DNA of 64,000 nucleotides from an uncultured Clostridia bacterium (lineage in GTDB: Bacteria > Bacillota > Clostridia > TANB77 > CAG-508). Positions 28,429 to 38,934 of the stretch are shown here, piece after piece (within the stretch, counting starts at the first letter, position 1; each line of letters opens with the position of its first letter). A program made the translations under genes and the position numbers. The stretch spans positions 9,070 to 73,069 of the forward strand of contig CALXQV010000015.1 in NCBI GenBank assembly GCA_944390535.1, read 5' to 3'. The notes below the pieces were generated by a model. That model ran no database searches and was not told the DNA's origin. It saw only the letters and a list, made by a program, of their open reading frames with translations.

Positions 28429-29451
28429 ATGAAAAATATCAAAGATTATACGTTAGAGGAATTAAAAGAAGTGTTAAAAGAAATTGGAGAGAAACCATTT
28501 CGTGCTGAACAAATTTATAAATGGATATATGAAGCTAGAGTTTCTGATTTTGAGGATATGACAAATTTGTCCTTAGAATTGAGAGAAAAGCTAAGACAAA
28601 ACTTTGAAATCAAAGAATTTAAAATATTGAAAAAACAAGAAGCATCAGATGGAACAAAGAAATATTTATTTGATGTCTTAGATGGAAATGCCATTGAAAC
28701 AGTATTAATGCAATATCATCACGGATATAGTATTTGTGTATCTTCACAAATTGGTTGTAAAATGGGATGCAAATTTTGTGCATCTACTGGAATTCCTTTT
28801 GCAAGAAATTTGAGTTCTGGAGAAATTATTGAACAAATTATGGCAGTAGAAAGGGATGCCAATGTTAGAATTTCTAATATTGTATTCATGGGAATTGGAG
28901 AGCCATTAGATAATTATGATAATGTTGTAAAAGCGATTCGAATCATTAATCATCCAAAAGGACTAAACATAGGAGCAAGACATATTAGTATTTCTACAAG
29001 TGGTTTAGTTCCTAAAATTTATCAATTAGCAGAAGAAAATATACAATGTACTTTATCGATATCTTTACACGCAACAACAAATGAGCAAAGAAGTCAAATG
29101 ATGCCAGTAAACAATACATATCATATAGAAGAATTATTACAAGCATGTAAGGATTATATAGAGAAAACACATAGAAGAATTTCATTTGAATATGCTTTAG
29201 CAAAAGAAAATAACGATAATCTAGAAGATGCGAAACGATTAGTAAAATTACTAAAAGGAATGCTTTGCCATGTCAATTTAATTCCAATTAATAAGATAGA
29301 AAATGGAACATATACAAAAAGTTCAAATGAGAATATTATGAAGTTTAGAGATTATTTAAATGACCATGGGATTGTTGCAACCATTAGAAGAGAATTAGGC
29401 TCAGACATAGATGCGGCTTGTGGACAGTTAAGAAGAAAAAATTTGAAATAA
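28429..29451 (+). CDS. rlmN: 23S rRNA/tRNA A2503 C2-methyltransferase RlmN (radical SAM)
   Basis: GCKMGCKFCAS CxxxCxxC cluster; full-length RlmN pattern ending DIDAACGQL. Confidence 0.92.
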   Translation: MKNIKDYTLEELKEVLKEIGEKPFRAEQIYKWIYEARVSDFEDMTNLSLELREKLRQNFEIKEFKILKKQEASDGTKKYLFDVLDGNAIETVLMQYHHGYSICVSSQIGCKMGCKFCASTGIPFARNLSSGEIIEQIMAVERDANVRISNIVFMGIGEPLDNYDNVVKAIRIINHPKGLNIGARHISISTSGLVPKIYQLAEENIQCTLSISLHATTNEQRSQMMPVNNTYHIEELLQACKDYIEKTHRRISFEYALAKENNDNLEDAKRLVKLLKGMLCHVNLIPINKIENGTYTKSSNENIMKFRDYLNDHGIVATIRRELGSDIDAACGQLRRKNLK

Positions 29452-29459
29452 CTAAAAAA

Positions 29460-29492
29460 AGCAAGGTTTAGAAATGCATCCTAGACCTTGCT
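29460..29492. terminator. hairpin terminator between convergent genes
   Basis: AGCAAGGTTTAG / CTAGACCTTGCT stem, A-run before and T-rich sequence after. Confidence 0.6.
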
Positions 29493-29538
29493 TCTTTGAT
29501 TACTACCCGTTTTATAGAAAATCTTTTAAGGAGGGTAG

Positions 29539-29871
29539 TTATTTTTTTCTTTCATACTCTAACTGGATAAAATGATGTATGATAGACAACTTTTTATCAT
29601 CATCATTTAAAAGTTTTTGAAAATGTTTGATAGCAGAGTTAATAGCTACATCTAAGTCTTCTAATGTTTTAGCACGAATAATTTCATATTCGGCCCTTAC
29701 ATCAGCTGGGATACGCCGGCAGAGTCTAGAATCCTTAATCATAAAATCCAGACCTTCTATCCCTTGGTTATCCCTACTAAGGAATTCCTGAAATCTTTCG
29801 GAAAGTGTAAAATCTTCCCTAATGTTACAGAGCAGGCTAAAAGCATCTGCATTTAAAATTTTTTTATCCAT
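29539..29871 (-). CDS. hypothetical protein (110 aa), compositionally atypical
   Basis: Strong RBS AAGGAGG; own promoter TTGCTT-N17-(TGC)TATACT; G/C-ending codons unusual for this window. Confidence 0.5.
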   Translation of the reverse strand: MDKKILNADAFSLLCNIREDFTLSERFQEFLSRDNQGIEGLDFMIKDSRLCRRIPADVRAEYEIIRAKTLEDLDVAINSAIKHFQKLLNDDDKKLSIIHHFIQLEYERKK

Positions 29872-30018
29872 TTTTAATCCTCCTTATGGATCTATAAATG
29901 TGGGCGAAGGCTATAAAAGCTAGCCCAAAACAATAAGTTACATTATAAATAGTATAGCATAATTTACATAAAAAAGCAAATAAGGACAGAGAAAATTTTT
30001 CTCCATCCATAATTCAAA

Positions 30019-31497
30019 TTAAAGAATAATACAAATTAATCCACCACTGCCTTCATTAACAATTCTTTCTAATGTTTCTTGTAATTTAATTTGTGCTTCT
30101 TCAGGCATTTTAGCAAGCTTTGTTTGAAGACCTTCATTTACTAGTTCATGTAAACTTTTTCCAAAGATATTAGATTCCCAGATTTTTTGAGGTTCACTTT
30201 CAAATCCAGAAAGTAAGTAATTTACTAACTCTTCTGACTGTTTTTCAGAACCAACAATTGGGCAAACTTCAGTTGCAACATTTGTTTTAATAAGATGAAT
30301 AGAAGGTGCCATAGCTTTTAGTTTTACACCAAATTTAGAACCTTGTTTTACCATTTCTGGTTCTTCTAAAATTAATTCATCCATTGAAGGAGTTACAATT
30401 CCATATCCTTTTCGATTGACTTCATCCAATGCATAAGCAATTTTATCATATTTCTTTTTTACATCTGCTAATTCAGAAATAATGCTAAACAAATCTCCCT
30501 CATTAGAAACAGGAACACATGTAATTTCTGAAAGGACTTGATAAAAAAGTTCTTCTTTTAAAGTAATTTCTACATTTACTTTTCCAGTTCCTAGTTGAAT
30601 ATCTGTTATAGAAGTTTTTGAAATAATTTCTGTTTGTTTAATTGTATCTGCACAACTTGAAATTTCCTTTAAGACATTGACATTAGAGAAAGCATCCTTG
30701 ATTTCTTTATATAATTCAGTTTTTAAAGGATGTGACATATCTAATCCATCAATCCATCTAGGAAACTTAATGCAAACTTGGTCAACAGGAAATTCATATA
30801 ATACTTTAGAAAACATCGTATTAATATTTTCAATAGTCAAATATTCGCAATTAAGAGGCATAACAGATGTATTGTATTTTTCGCTTAAAGTTTCTGCAAG
30901 CTCTTTGGTGTATTCGGAATCAGGGTCATTTGAATTTAGTAAAATGATAAAAGGTTTATTCAAAGCTTTTAATTCATTGACAACTCTTTCTTCAGCTTTA
31001 ATATAATCTTCTCTTGGAATATCTGTAATTGTCCCATCAGTTGTAACTAAAACACCTATGGTAGAGTGTTCTCCAATCACTTTTTTTGTTCCTATTTCGG
31101 CAGCAGTTTCAAAAGGGATTTCTTCTTCAGACCAAGGTGTTTTTACCATTCTAGGCATGTCATCTTCTAAATAGCCAATGGCATTATCCACTAGATAACC
31201 AACACAATCTACTAATCTGGCCTTAAACTTCAAATTATCATTTAAGGTGATTTCGATAGCCTCGTTAGGAACAAATTTTGGCTCTGTTGTCATAATTGTT
31301 CTGCCACCAGCACTTTGTGGAAGTTCATCTTTGGCCCTTTCCTTTTTATATTCATTATCAATGTTGGGAATGACTAGTAAATCCATAAATCGTTTAATAA
31401 AAGTAGATTTACCAGTTCGTACAGGACCAACGACTCCTACATAAATATCTCCATCAGTCCTTTTTGCGATGTCTTGATACAATCTTGTATTTTCCAT
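30019..31497 (-). CDS. spoIVA: stage IV sporulation protein A (spore-coat morphogenetic ATPase)
   Basis: GPVRTGKSTFIKRFM Walker A and full-length SpoIVA sequence. Confidence 0.95.
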   Translation of the reverse strand: MENTRLYQDIAKRTDGDIYVGVVGPVRTGKSTFIKRFMDLLVIPNIDNEYKKERAKDELPQSAGGRTIMTTEPKFVPNEAIEITLNDNLKFKARLVDCVGYLVDNAIGYLEDDMPRMVKTPWSEEEIPFETAAEIGTKKVIGEHSTIGVLVTTDGTITDIPREDYIKAEERVVNELKALNKPFIILLNSNDPDSEYTKELAETLSEKYNTSVMPLNCEYLTIENINTMFSKVLYEFPVDQVCIKFPRWIDGLDMSHPLKTELYKEIKDAFSNVNVLKEISSCADTIKQTEIISKTSITDIQLGTGKVNVEITLKEELFYQVLSEITCVPVSNEGDLFSIISELADVKKKYDKIAYALDEVNRKGYGIVTPSMDELILEEPEMVKQGSKFGVKLKAMAPSIHLIKTNVATEVCPIVGSEKQSEELVNYLLSGFESEPQKIWESNIFGKSLHELVNEGLQTKLAKMPEEAQIKLQETLERIVNEGSGGLICIIL

Positions 31498-31820
31498 CTA
31501 TATACCTCCTTCTAATCACTTTCAAAATGTTCGCATACTTTTAGAAAAGTATATTTTCTAAAAGTAAAATCGTTATACACAATTTTACTTACATAAAATT
31601 GGCATGCGAACAAATACGCGACATGTAATTTAACTAAAAGGACAAAGTTTTTAATCATGTCGCTTTTGTTCTAAATTACTTTACTTAATGTATATTGGGA
31701 TTTTTTTGGTTTATGACAAGTTTTCTAAAAAACTTGATAAAAATATAGGAGTGTGATAAAATGACAATATTAAAATCAAAACATATACTATACTATATTA
31801 GCTAAAAGGAGCGAAACAAA

Positions 31821-33065
31821 ATGGATAAAGTACAGGATACAATAGAAATATTAAAAATATATCATCAAGAACATATCATAAAATTAATAGAAACATTAAA
31901 CGAAGATAAAAAACGAATATTGATAGAACAAATTAGTCATATTGATTTTCATCAATTAAAAGAATTATATGACAATACAAAGAAAGAAATTGAGATAAAA
32001 GAAAATAAAATAGAGCCATTACCATATTTGGATAAAGAAAAATTATCAGAGGAACAAAAAGAGAAATTTCAAAAATTGGGTAAGGAAGTTATCCAAAATG
32101 GGGAATATGCTGTTGTCACTATGGCAGGGGGACAAGGAACAAGATTAGGACATTCAGGTCCAAAAGGAACATTCAAATTAGATGTGTATGGAAAAGGAAA
32201 ATATCTATTTGAAATTTTAGCAGAAAATTTAAAAGAAGCAAACCAAAAATATGGGGGAACCATACCATGGTATATTATGACAAGCAAAGAAAATAATGAT
32301 GAAACGATTGAATTTATGAAAAAACATAATTATTTTGGATATGATAAAGAAGCTGTCACGTTTTTTGCACAAAGTGAAATGCCTTTAGTAGATATAAATG
32401 GCAAACTGTTAGTAGGAAAAGACATGAAGATTAAAGAAGCATCTGATGGAAATGGTGGTACATATTGTTCTTTAAGAGCAAGTGGAGCTCTAGCAGAGAT
32501 GAAGGAAAAAGGAATTAAATGGGTGTTTATTGGAGGAGTAGATAATGCGTTACTAAAAATGGCAGACACCATTTTATTAGGAATGGCAATTGATAAAAAA
32601 GTACAAATTGCTTCAAAATCAATTGTAAAAGCCAATCCACATGAACGTGTAGGTGCATTTGCGAAGATGAATGGACATCCAAAAGTAATTGAGTACACAG
32701 AATTGCCAGAGAAAATGGCAGAAGAAGTAGATGAAAATGGAGAACTAAAATATGGAGAATCTCATATCATGTGTAATCTATATACCATAGAAGCGATTGA
32801 AAAAATCAGCAAAGAAACACTAATTTATCATAGTGCATTCAAGAAAAATTCTTACATAGATGAAAATGGAAAAGAAGTCATTCCACAAGGGCCAAATTCA
32901 TATAAATTTGAATCATTTATATTTGATGCTTTTGAATTATTTGATGATATCGCCATCTTACGAGGAAAAAGAGAAGATGACTTTGCACCAGTAAAAAATA
33001 AAGAAGGCGTAGACAGTCCTAAAACGGCAAAAGAATTATATGAAAAATTTTGGAATAGAAATTAA
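31821..33065 (+). CDS. UDPGP type-1 family UDP-sugar (UDP-GlcNAc-like) pyrophosphorylase
   Basis: MAGGQGTRLGHSGPKG motif of eukaryote-type UAP/UGP enzymes. Confidence 0.8.
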   Translation: MDKVQDTIEILKIYHQEHIIKLIETLNEDKKRILIEQISHIDFHQLKELYDNTKKEIEIKENKIEPLPYLDKEKLSEEQKEKFQKLGKEVIQNGEYAVVTMAGGQGTRLGHSGPKGTFKLDVYGKGKYLFEILAENLKEANQKYGGTIPWYIMTSKENNDETIEFMKKHNYFGYDKEAVTFFAQSEMPLVDINGKLLVGKDMKIKEASDGNGGTYCSLRASGALAEMKEKGIKWVFIGGVDNALLKMADTILLGMAIDKKVQIASKSIVKANPHERVGAFAKMNGHPKVIEYTELPEKMAEEVDENGELKYGESHIMCNLYTIEAIEKISKETLIYHSAFKKNSYIDENGKEVIPQGPNSYKFESFIFDAFELFDDIAILRGKREDDFAPVKNKEGVDSPKTAKELYEKFWNRN

Positions 33066-33072
33066 CAGATTT

Positions 33073-33155
33073 CAGGGGATTTTGGGGACGGACTCATTTT
33101 TCCCTTTTTGCAATGACATAAATTCGAATTTAAAAGAAAAAATAGATTTAAAATA
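33073..33155. repeat. solo arm related to the 12391 foldback termini
   Basis: GGGGATTTTGGGGACGGACTCATTTTTCCC followed by TCGAATTTAAAAGAAAAAATAGATTTAAAAT, alignable with 12396-12470. Confidence 0.6.
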
Positions 33156-33181
33156 AGTGATATGAGAAAGGAATGGATAAA

Positions 33182-33853
33182 ATGGAAGAATGTAAAATTG
33201 TAAATTTATATAATTTAGAGGAAACAATTGCAAAAGAATTGCTAGAAAAAAGTACATATCCATGGGAAGCGCTACCTGATATAGGGAAATATATTTTAGA
33301 ATTAGGAGAAAAATTAGATAAAGACGAATATGAAAAAGTGGGGGAAGATGTTTGGATTGCTAAAAGTGCAAAAGTAGCACCAACTGCATATATTCATGGT
33401 CCTGCGATTATTGGAAAAGAAGCAGAAGTAAGGCATTGTGCATTTATTAGAGGAAATGCAATTGTTGGAGAAGGTGCTGTTGTGGGAAATTCAACAGAAT
33501 TAAAAAATGTTATCTTATTTAATAAAGTGCAAGTGCCACATTATAACTATGTAGGAGATTCTATCTTAGGATATAAAGCACATATGGGAGCAGGTTCTAT
33601 TACTTCTAATGTAAAATCAGACAAACAATTAGTTGTTATTAAAAATGGGAAAGAAACCATAGAAACTAAACGAAAAAAAGTAGGGGCTATGTTAGGAGAT
33701 AATGTAGAAGTTGGTTGTGGTTCTATTTTAAATCCAGGAACAGTTGTAGGTAGAAATTCTAATATTTATCCATTATCTTCTGTAAGAGGTGTTGTTCCCA
33801 AAAATAGTATTTATAAAAATAAAAATGAAATTGTAGAAAAACAAGATAGGTAA
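33182..33853 (+). CDS. left-handed beta-helix (hexapeptide) transferase, GlmU C-terminal-domain-like
   Basis: Hexapeptide repeats (IIGKEAEV, IVGEGAVVG, LGDNVEVG); RBS spacing favours ATG 33182. Confidence 0.7.
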   Translation: MEECKIVNLYNLEETIAKELLEKSTYPWEALPDIGKYILELGEKLDKDEYEKVGEDVWIAKSAKVAPTAYIHGPAIIGKEAEVRHCAFIRGNAIVGEGAVVGNSTELKNVILFNKVQVPHYNYVGDSILGYKAHMGAGSITSNVKSDKQLVVIKNGKETIETKRKKVGAMLGDNVEVGCGSILNPGTVVGRNSNIYPLSSVRGVVPKNSIYKNKNEIVEKQDR

Positions 33854-33888
33854 TTGTAAGTTTAAAAATAGTATTTAAATATAGAAAT

Positions 33889-33926
33889 CCCCACCTCTCA
33901 TTTTACTGAGTAGGTGGGGCGTTTTT
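33889..33926 (+). terminator. rho-independent terminator
   Basis: CCCCACCT / AGGTGGGG stem followed by CGTTTTT. Confidence 0.8.
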
Positions 33927-33935
33927 AAAAAGAAG

Positions 33936-34421
33936 TTAATCTAGATAATGTGCTCTTTTACTGGTAATAATACGAGGTGGAATCATCTCCAAATCTTTCA
34001 GTTTTCCTGTGACAGTTTTTTTTATGCCAAAAAATAGTCCGAATTCATAATAAATATGGATTGCACAAAAATTTTCATCACCCTGTAATAAATTTCTAGC
34101 AGAGCGTTTCAGGAAACTTACAAGCTGATCAGAGTGCAATTCTAGAGAGTATAATTTTCTTATAATAAAGATTACTTTTTCAGCAGAGCTTTCTAAATTT
34201 TCAATCGATGGGTTAATTAGACTCTCGTAAGAGTATTTTTCTAAAATCTCGAAAATAACCCGCTTTTGATTTTCTTCTAAAAAGACTTCTATTAAAGGCC
34301 CTTTTAGAGTATCCTCCCATGCAACCATACGAATGTTTAATGAGCCCTTTTTAAAGGACCAAATTTTGTTAAAGGTATCGTATAGAACATCTCCCTCATA
34401 AAAATGTGCTTTAGTATACAT
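33936..34421 (-). CDS. hypothetical protein (161 aa), compositionally atypical
   Basis: RBS AAGGAGGG; structured leader with two hairpins (34441-34495); no motif I recognise. Confidence 0.5.
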   Translation of the reverse strand: MYTKAHFYEGDVLYDTFNKIWSFKKGSLNIRMVAWEDTLKGPLIEVFLEENQKRVIFEILEKYSYESLINPSIENLESSAEKVIFIIRKLYSLELHSDQLVSFLKRSARNLLQGDENFCAIHIYYEFGLFFGIKKTVTGKLKDLEMIPPRIITSKRAHYLD

Positions 34422-34741
34422 AAATTCCCTCCTTTTAAATACTTTCCTTAAAGAATAACGCTAAAGGAAAGTAGTGGCTTTTTGCCACTCGTTACCTTAT
34501 TAATTGATATTAATATTATATAAATTTCTTACAACAAAGTCAAGGTGATGTAAATAAGGATGAAACATAAACTATTGAAATTAACTCAAAAATAATTTAA
34601 AATTTTCACAAAGGATTTTATAAAATTCCTTTATTTTTTTATCCTAATTGTATATAATAAGAAAGAAAAAATAAAACTTACTAAAATCTTTTTTCTACAT
34701 GTGATGATTTCATAATAAAAAATTATTGAAGATTTTGGTAA

Positions 34742-36761
<2,020 letters not shown>

Positions 36762-36763
<2 letters not shown>

Positions 36764-36867
36764 ACTTAAGGGACAGTCCTTAAAGTTCATTTTATGCAAA
36801 AAATATACGCAAATAACAAAATCACAAAAATAATTTTAATGAACTTTAAGGACTGTCCCTTAAGTTC
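36762..36867. repeat. pair of 27-bp hairpin units in inverted orientation (family B, locus 2)
   Basis: GAACTTAAGGGACAGTCCTTAAAGTTC (36762-36788) and its exact reverse complement (36841-36867); the ligA TGA overlaps unit 1. Confidence 0.85.
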
Positions 36868-36880
36868 AAAAGGAGAAAAA

Positions 36881-37135
36881 ATGGACAAAAAATATACATT
36901 TGAAATGATGTGGGAGGATTTAGATGATGGATACCAAATTTATTATACTTATGTAAGAAATCGCTATTTGTTATTTAAAACAGCACCAAATTGTTATACA
37001 CAAAAATTGTTATCTACGAATCCTAAAAATCCTCAGCCTAAAATGACAATGCTGACATTAAAAAGGGTTAAAGAAATGTTTCCACATATGGAAGATATTG
37101 AATATCGTATAGGGATAATTGATGAAGAAGTATAA
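36881..37135 (+). CDS. hypothetical protein (84 aa)
   Basis: RBS AAAGGAG 6 nt before ATG 36881; the annotated longer ORF merely translates the repeat. Confidence 0.45.
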   Translation: MDKKYTFEMMWEDLDDGYQIYYTYVRNRYLLFKTAPNCYTQKLLSTNPKNPQPKMTMLTLKRVKEMFPHMEDIEYRIGIIDEEV

Positions 37136-37179
37136 CAGACCTTACTTATTATATAAGAAAATTTTTAGGAGATGAAATC

Positions 37180-37797
37180 ATGATAAAAAATATAATATTT
37201 GATTTGGGAAATGTCATTATCAAAGGTTCTACGATTGAAACCTTAATGCATTTTACAGATAATGAAGATATGGCTAAAAACTTAATGAAATATGTTTTTA
37301 AAACGGAAGAATGGAAATTGCTAGACTTAGGAAATATTACTAGAGAAGAAGCAATTATACAGATGCAAAAGAAAGCACCAAAAGAATATGCATGTTTAAT
37401 TGAAAAAGTTATGAAAGAAAGATGCAAATACTTAACAATAAATAAAGATACTGTGGAAATTGCAAAAAAGTTAAAAGAAAAAGGATATCATATATATGTA
37501 TTATCTAACATGGCTGCATTTACTTATGAGTATTTTCAAGAGATTGATTTTTTTAAATTATGTAATGGAATTATTATTTCAGCTTATGAGCATATAGTAA
37601 AACCAGATGAAAAAATATTTGAAACATTATTACATAGATATCATTTAATACCACAAGAAACTCTATTTATTGATGATGATGACACAGGAAAAAGTTTCCA
37701 AACGGCAAATATGTTAGGAATACAAGGAAGAAAAGTGAAACCAAACGATAGCCAAGATATTCTAAAGCTGTTACAAGCATATCATATTGAAATATAA
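37180..37797 (+). CDS. HAD-superfamily hydrolase (subfamily IA-like)
   Basis: IIFDLGNV motif I, LSN motif II, FIDDD motif; paralog of 44657-45274. Confidence 0.8.
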   Translation: MIKNIIFDLGNVIIKGSTIETLMHFTDNEDMAKNLMKYVFKTEEWKLLDLGNITREEAIIQMQKKAPKEYACLIEKVMKERCKYLTINKDTVEIAKKLKEKGYHIYVLSNMAAFTYEYFQEIDFFKLCNGIIISAYEHIVKPDEKIFETLLHRYHLIPQETLFIDDDDTGKSFQTANMLGIQGRKVKPNDSQDILKLLQAYHIEI

Positions 37798-38023
37798 TGA
37801 AATTCACAAATAATTCACATTTTTTGCAAAAAATATACATATATGGAGAGTATATTTATAATCATAAACATCCCCTTTTTTTCAAAAGCTGTTCTGTGAA
37901 AAAAGAATAAAAACAGGATAGCTTTTTTTACATTTTTATTGCAAAAAAAAATATGTTAGTATATAATCAGTTGAGAAAGAAGGAAAGGAGATATAGAGAG
38001 AAGTACTCTATAAAATAGAAGAA

Positions 38024-38875
38024 ATGGCAGTAATTATTGATGGAAAAGAATTAGCAAGAAAAGTAAGAAGTAATTTAAAAATAGAATGTGAAAATTTAAA
38101 GAAAAAAGGGATTTATCCTAAGTTTGCAGTTATTATGGTAGGAAATGATCCTGCTTCAAAAGTATATGTTAGAACTAAGAGTAAAGCATGTGATGAGATT
38201 GGGGTAGAATATCAAGAACATATATTAGAAGACAGCATAACACAAAAAGACCTAATAGAATTAATTCACAAATTAAATGAAGATACAACAGTTAATGGAA
38301 TATTATTACAAAGTCCTATTCCAAAACATTTAGACATAGATGAAGCATTTAGAGAGATATCTCACGAAAAAGATGTAGATGGATTTAATCCAATTAATGT
38401 AGGAAAATTGTTATTAAACCAAGATACCTTTATATCATGTACACCATTTGGAATCATGAAGATGTTTGAAGAATACAACATAGATTTAGAAGGAAAGAAT
38501 TTAGTGATTATTGGAAGAAGTAATATCGTAGGAAAACCACTTATGGCATGTTGTTTAAATAAACATGCAACTGTAACCATTTGCCATTCAAGAACAAAAG
38601 ATTTAAAGGAAAAGACAAAAAATGCAGACATATTGGTAGCTGCCATTGGAAAACCAAATTATGTTACAGCTGATATGGTAAAAGAAGGAGCAGTTATTAT
38701 CGATGTGGGGATTAACAGAGGAAAAGATAAAAAAATAACAGGAGATGTTGATTTTGAAAATGTAAAAGAAAAAGCAAGTTATATCACACCAGTTCCAGGG
38801 GGAGTGGGACCAATGACAGTTGCAATGCTTATGAATAATGTTATAAAAGCAACAAAAAATCAAAATGATATATAA
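38024..38875 (+). CDS. folD: bifunctional methylene-THF dehydrogenase / methenyl-THF cyclohydrolase
   Basis: Full-length FolD (VGNDPASKVYV, GRSNIVGKP, PVPGGVGPMT). Confidence 0.95.
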   Translation: MAVIIDGKELARKVRSNLKIECENLKKKGIYPKFAVIMVGNDPASKVYVRTKSKACDEIGVEYQEHILEDSITQKDLIELIHKLNEDTTVNGILLQSPIPKHLDIDEAFREISHEKDVDGFNPINVGKLLLNQDTFISCTPFGIMKMFEEYNIDLEGKNLVIIGRSNIVGKPLMACCLNKHATVTICHSRTKDLKEKTKNADILVAAIGKPNYVTADMVKEGAVIIDVGINRGKDKKITGDVDFENVKEKASYITPVPGGVGPMTVAMLMNNVIKATKNQNDI

Positions 38876-38891
38876 AAATAGAAATAGATAG

Positions 38892-38917
38892 GGGCACTTT
38901 TTTAAGTGTCTTTTTTT
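38892..38917 (+). terminator. folD terminator
   Basis: GGCACTT / AAGTGTC hairpin followed by T7. Confidence 0.6.
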
Positions 38918-38934
38918 AATTAGGAGGGATAGAA

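Noticed and set aside
36794-36880. N-terminal extensions MNFKDCPLSS... of ORFs 36794-37135 and 44612-45274
   Set aside because: The shared peptide is just the translation of the repeat unit GAACTTTAAGGACTGTCCCTTAAGTTC. Good RBS-plus-ATG combinations occur downstream, at 36881 and 44657.
36795-37838. Shared 14-mer TGCAAAAAATATAC at 36795-36808 and 37825-37838, considered as part of a larger repeat
   Set aside because: By rough estimate, exact 14-mers of this A/T-rich composition are expected many times by chance in 64 kb, and the flanks do not align.
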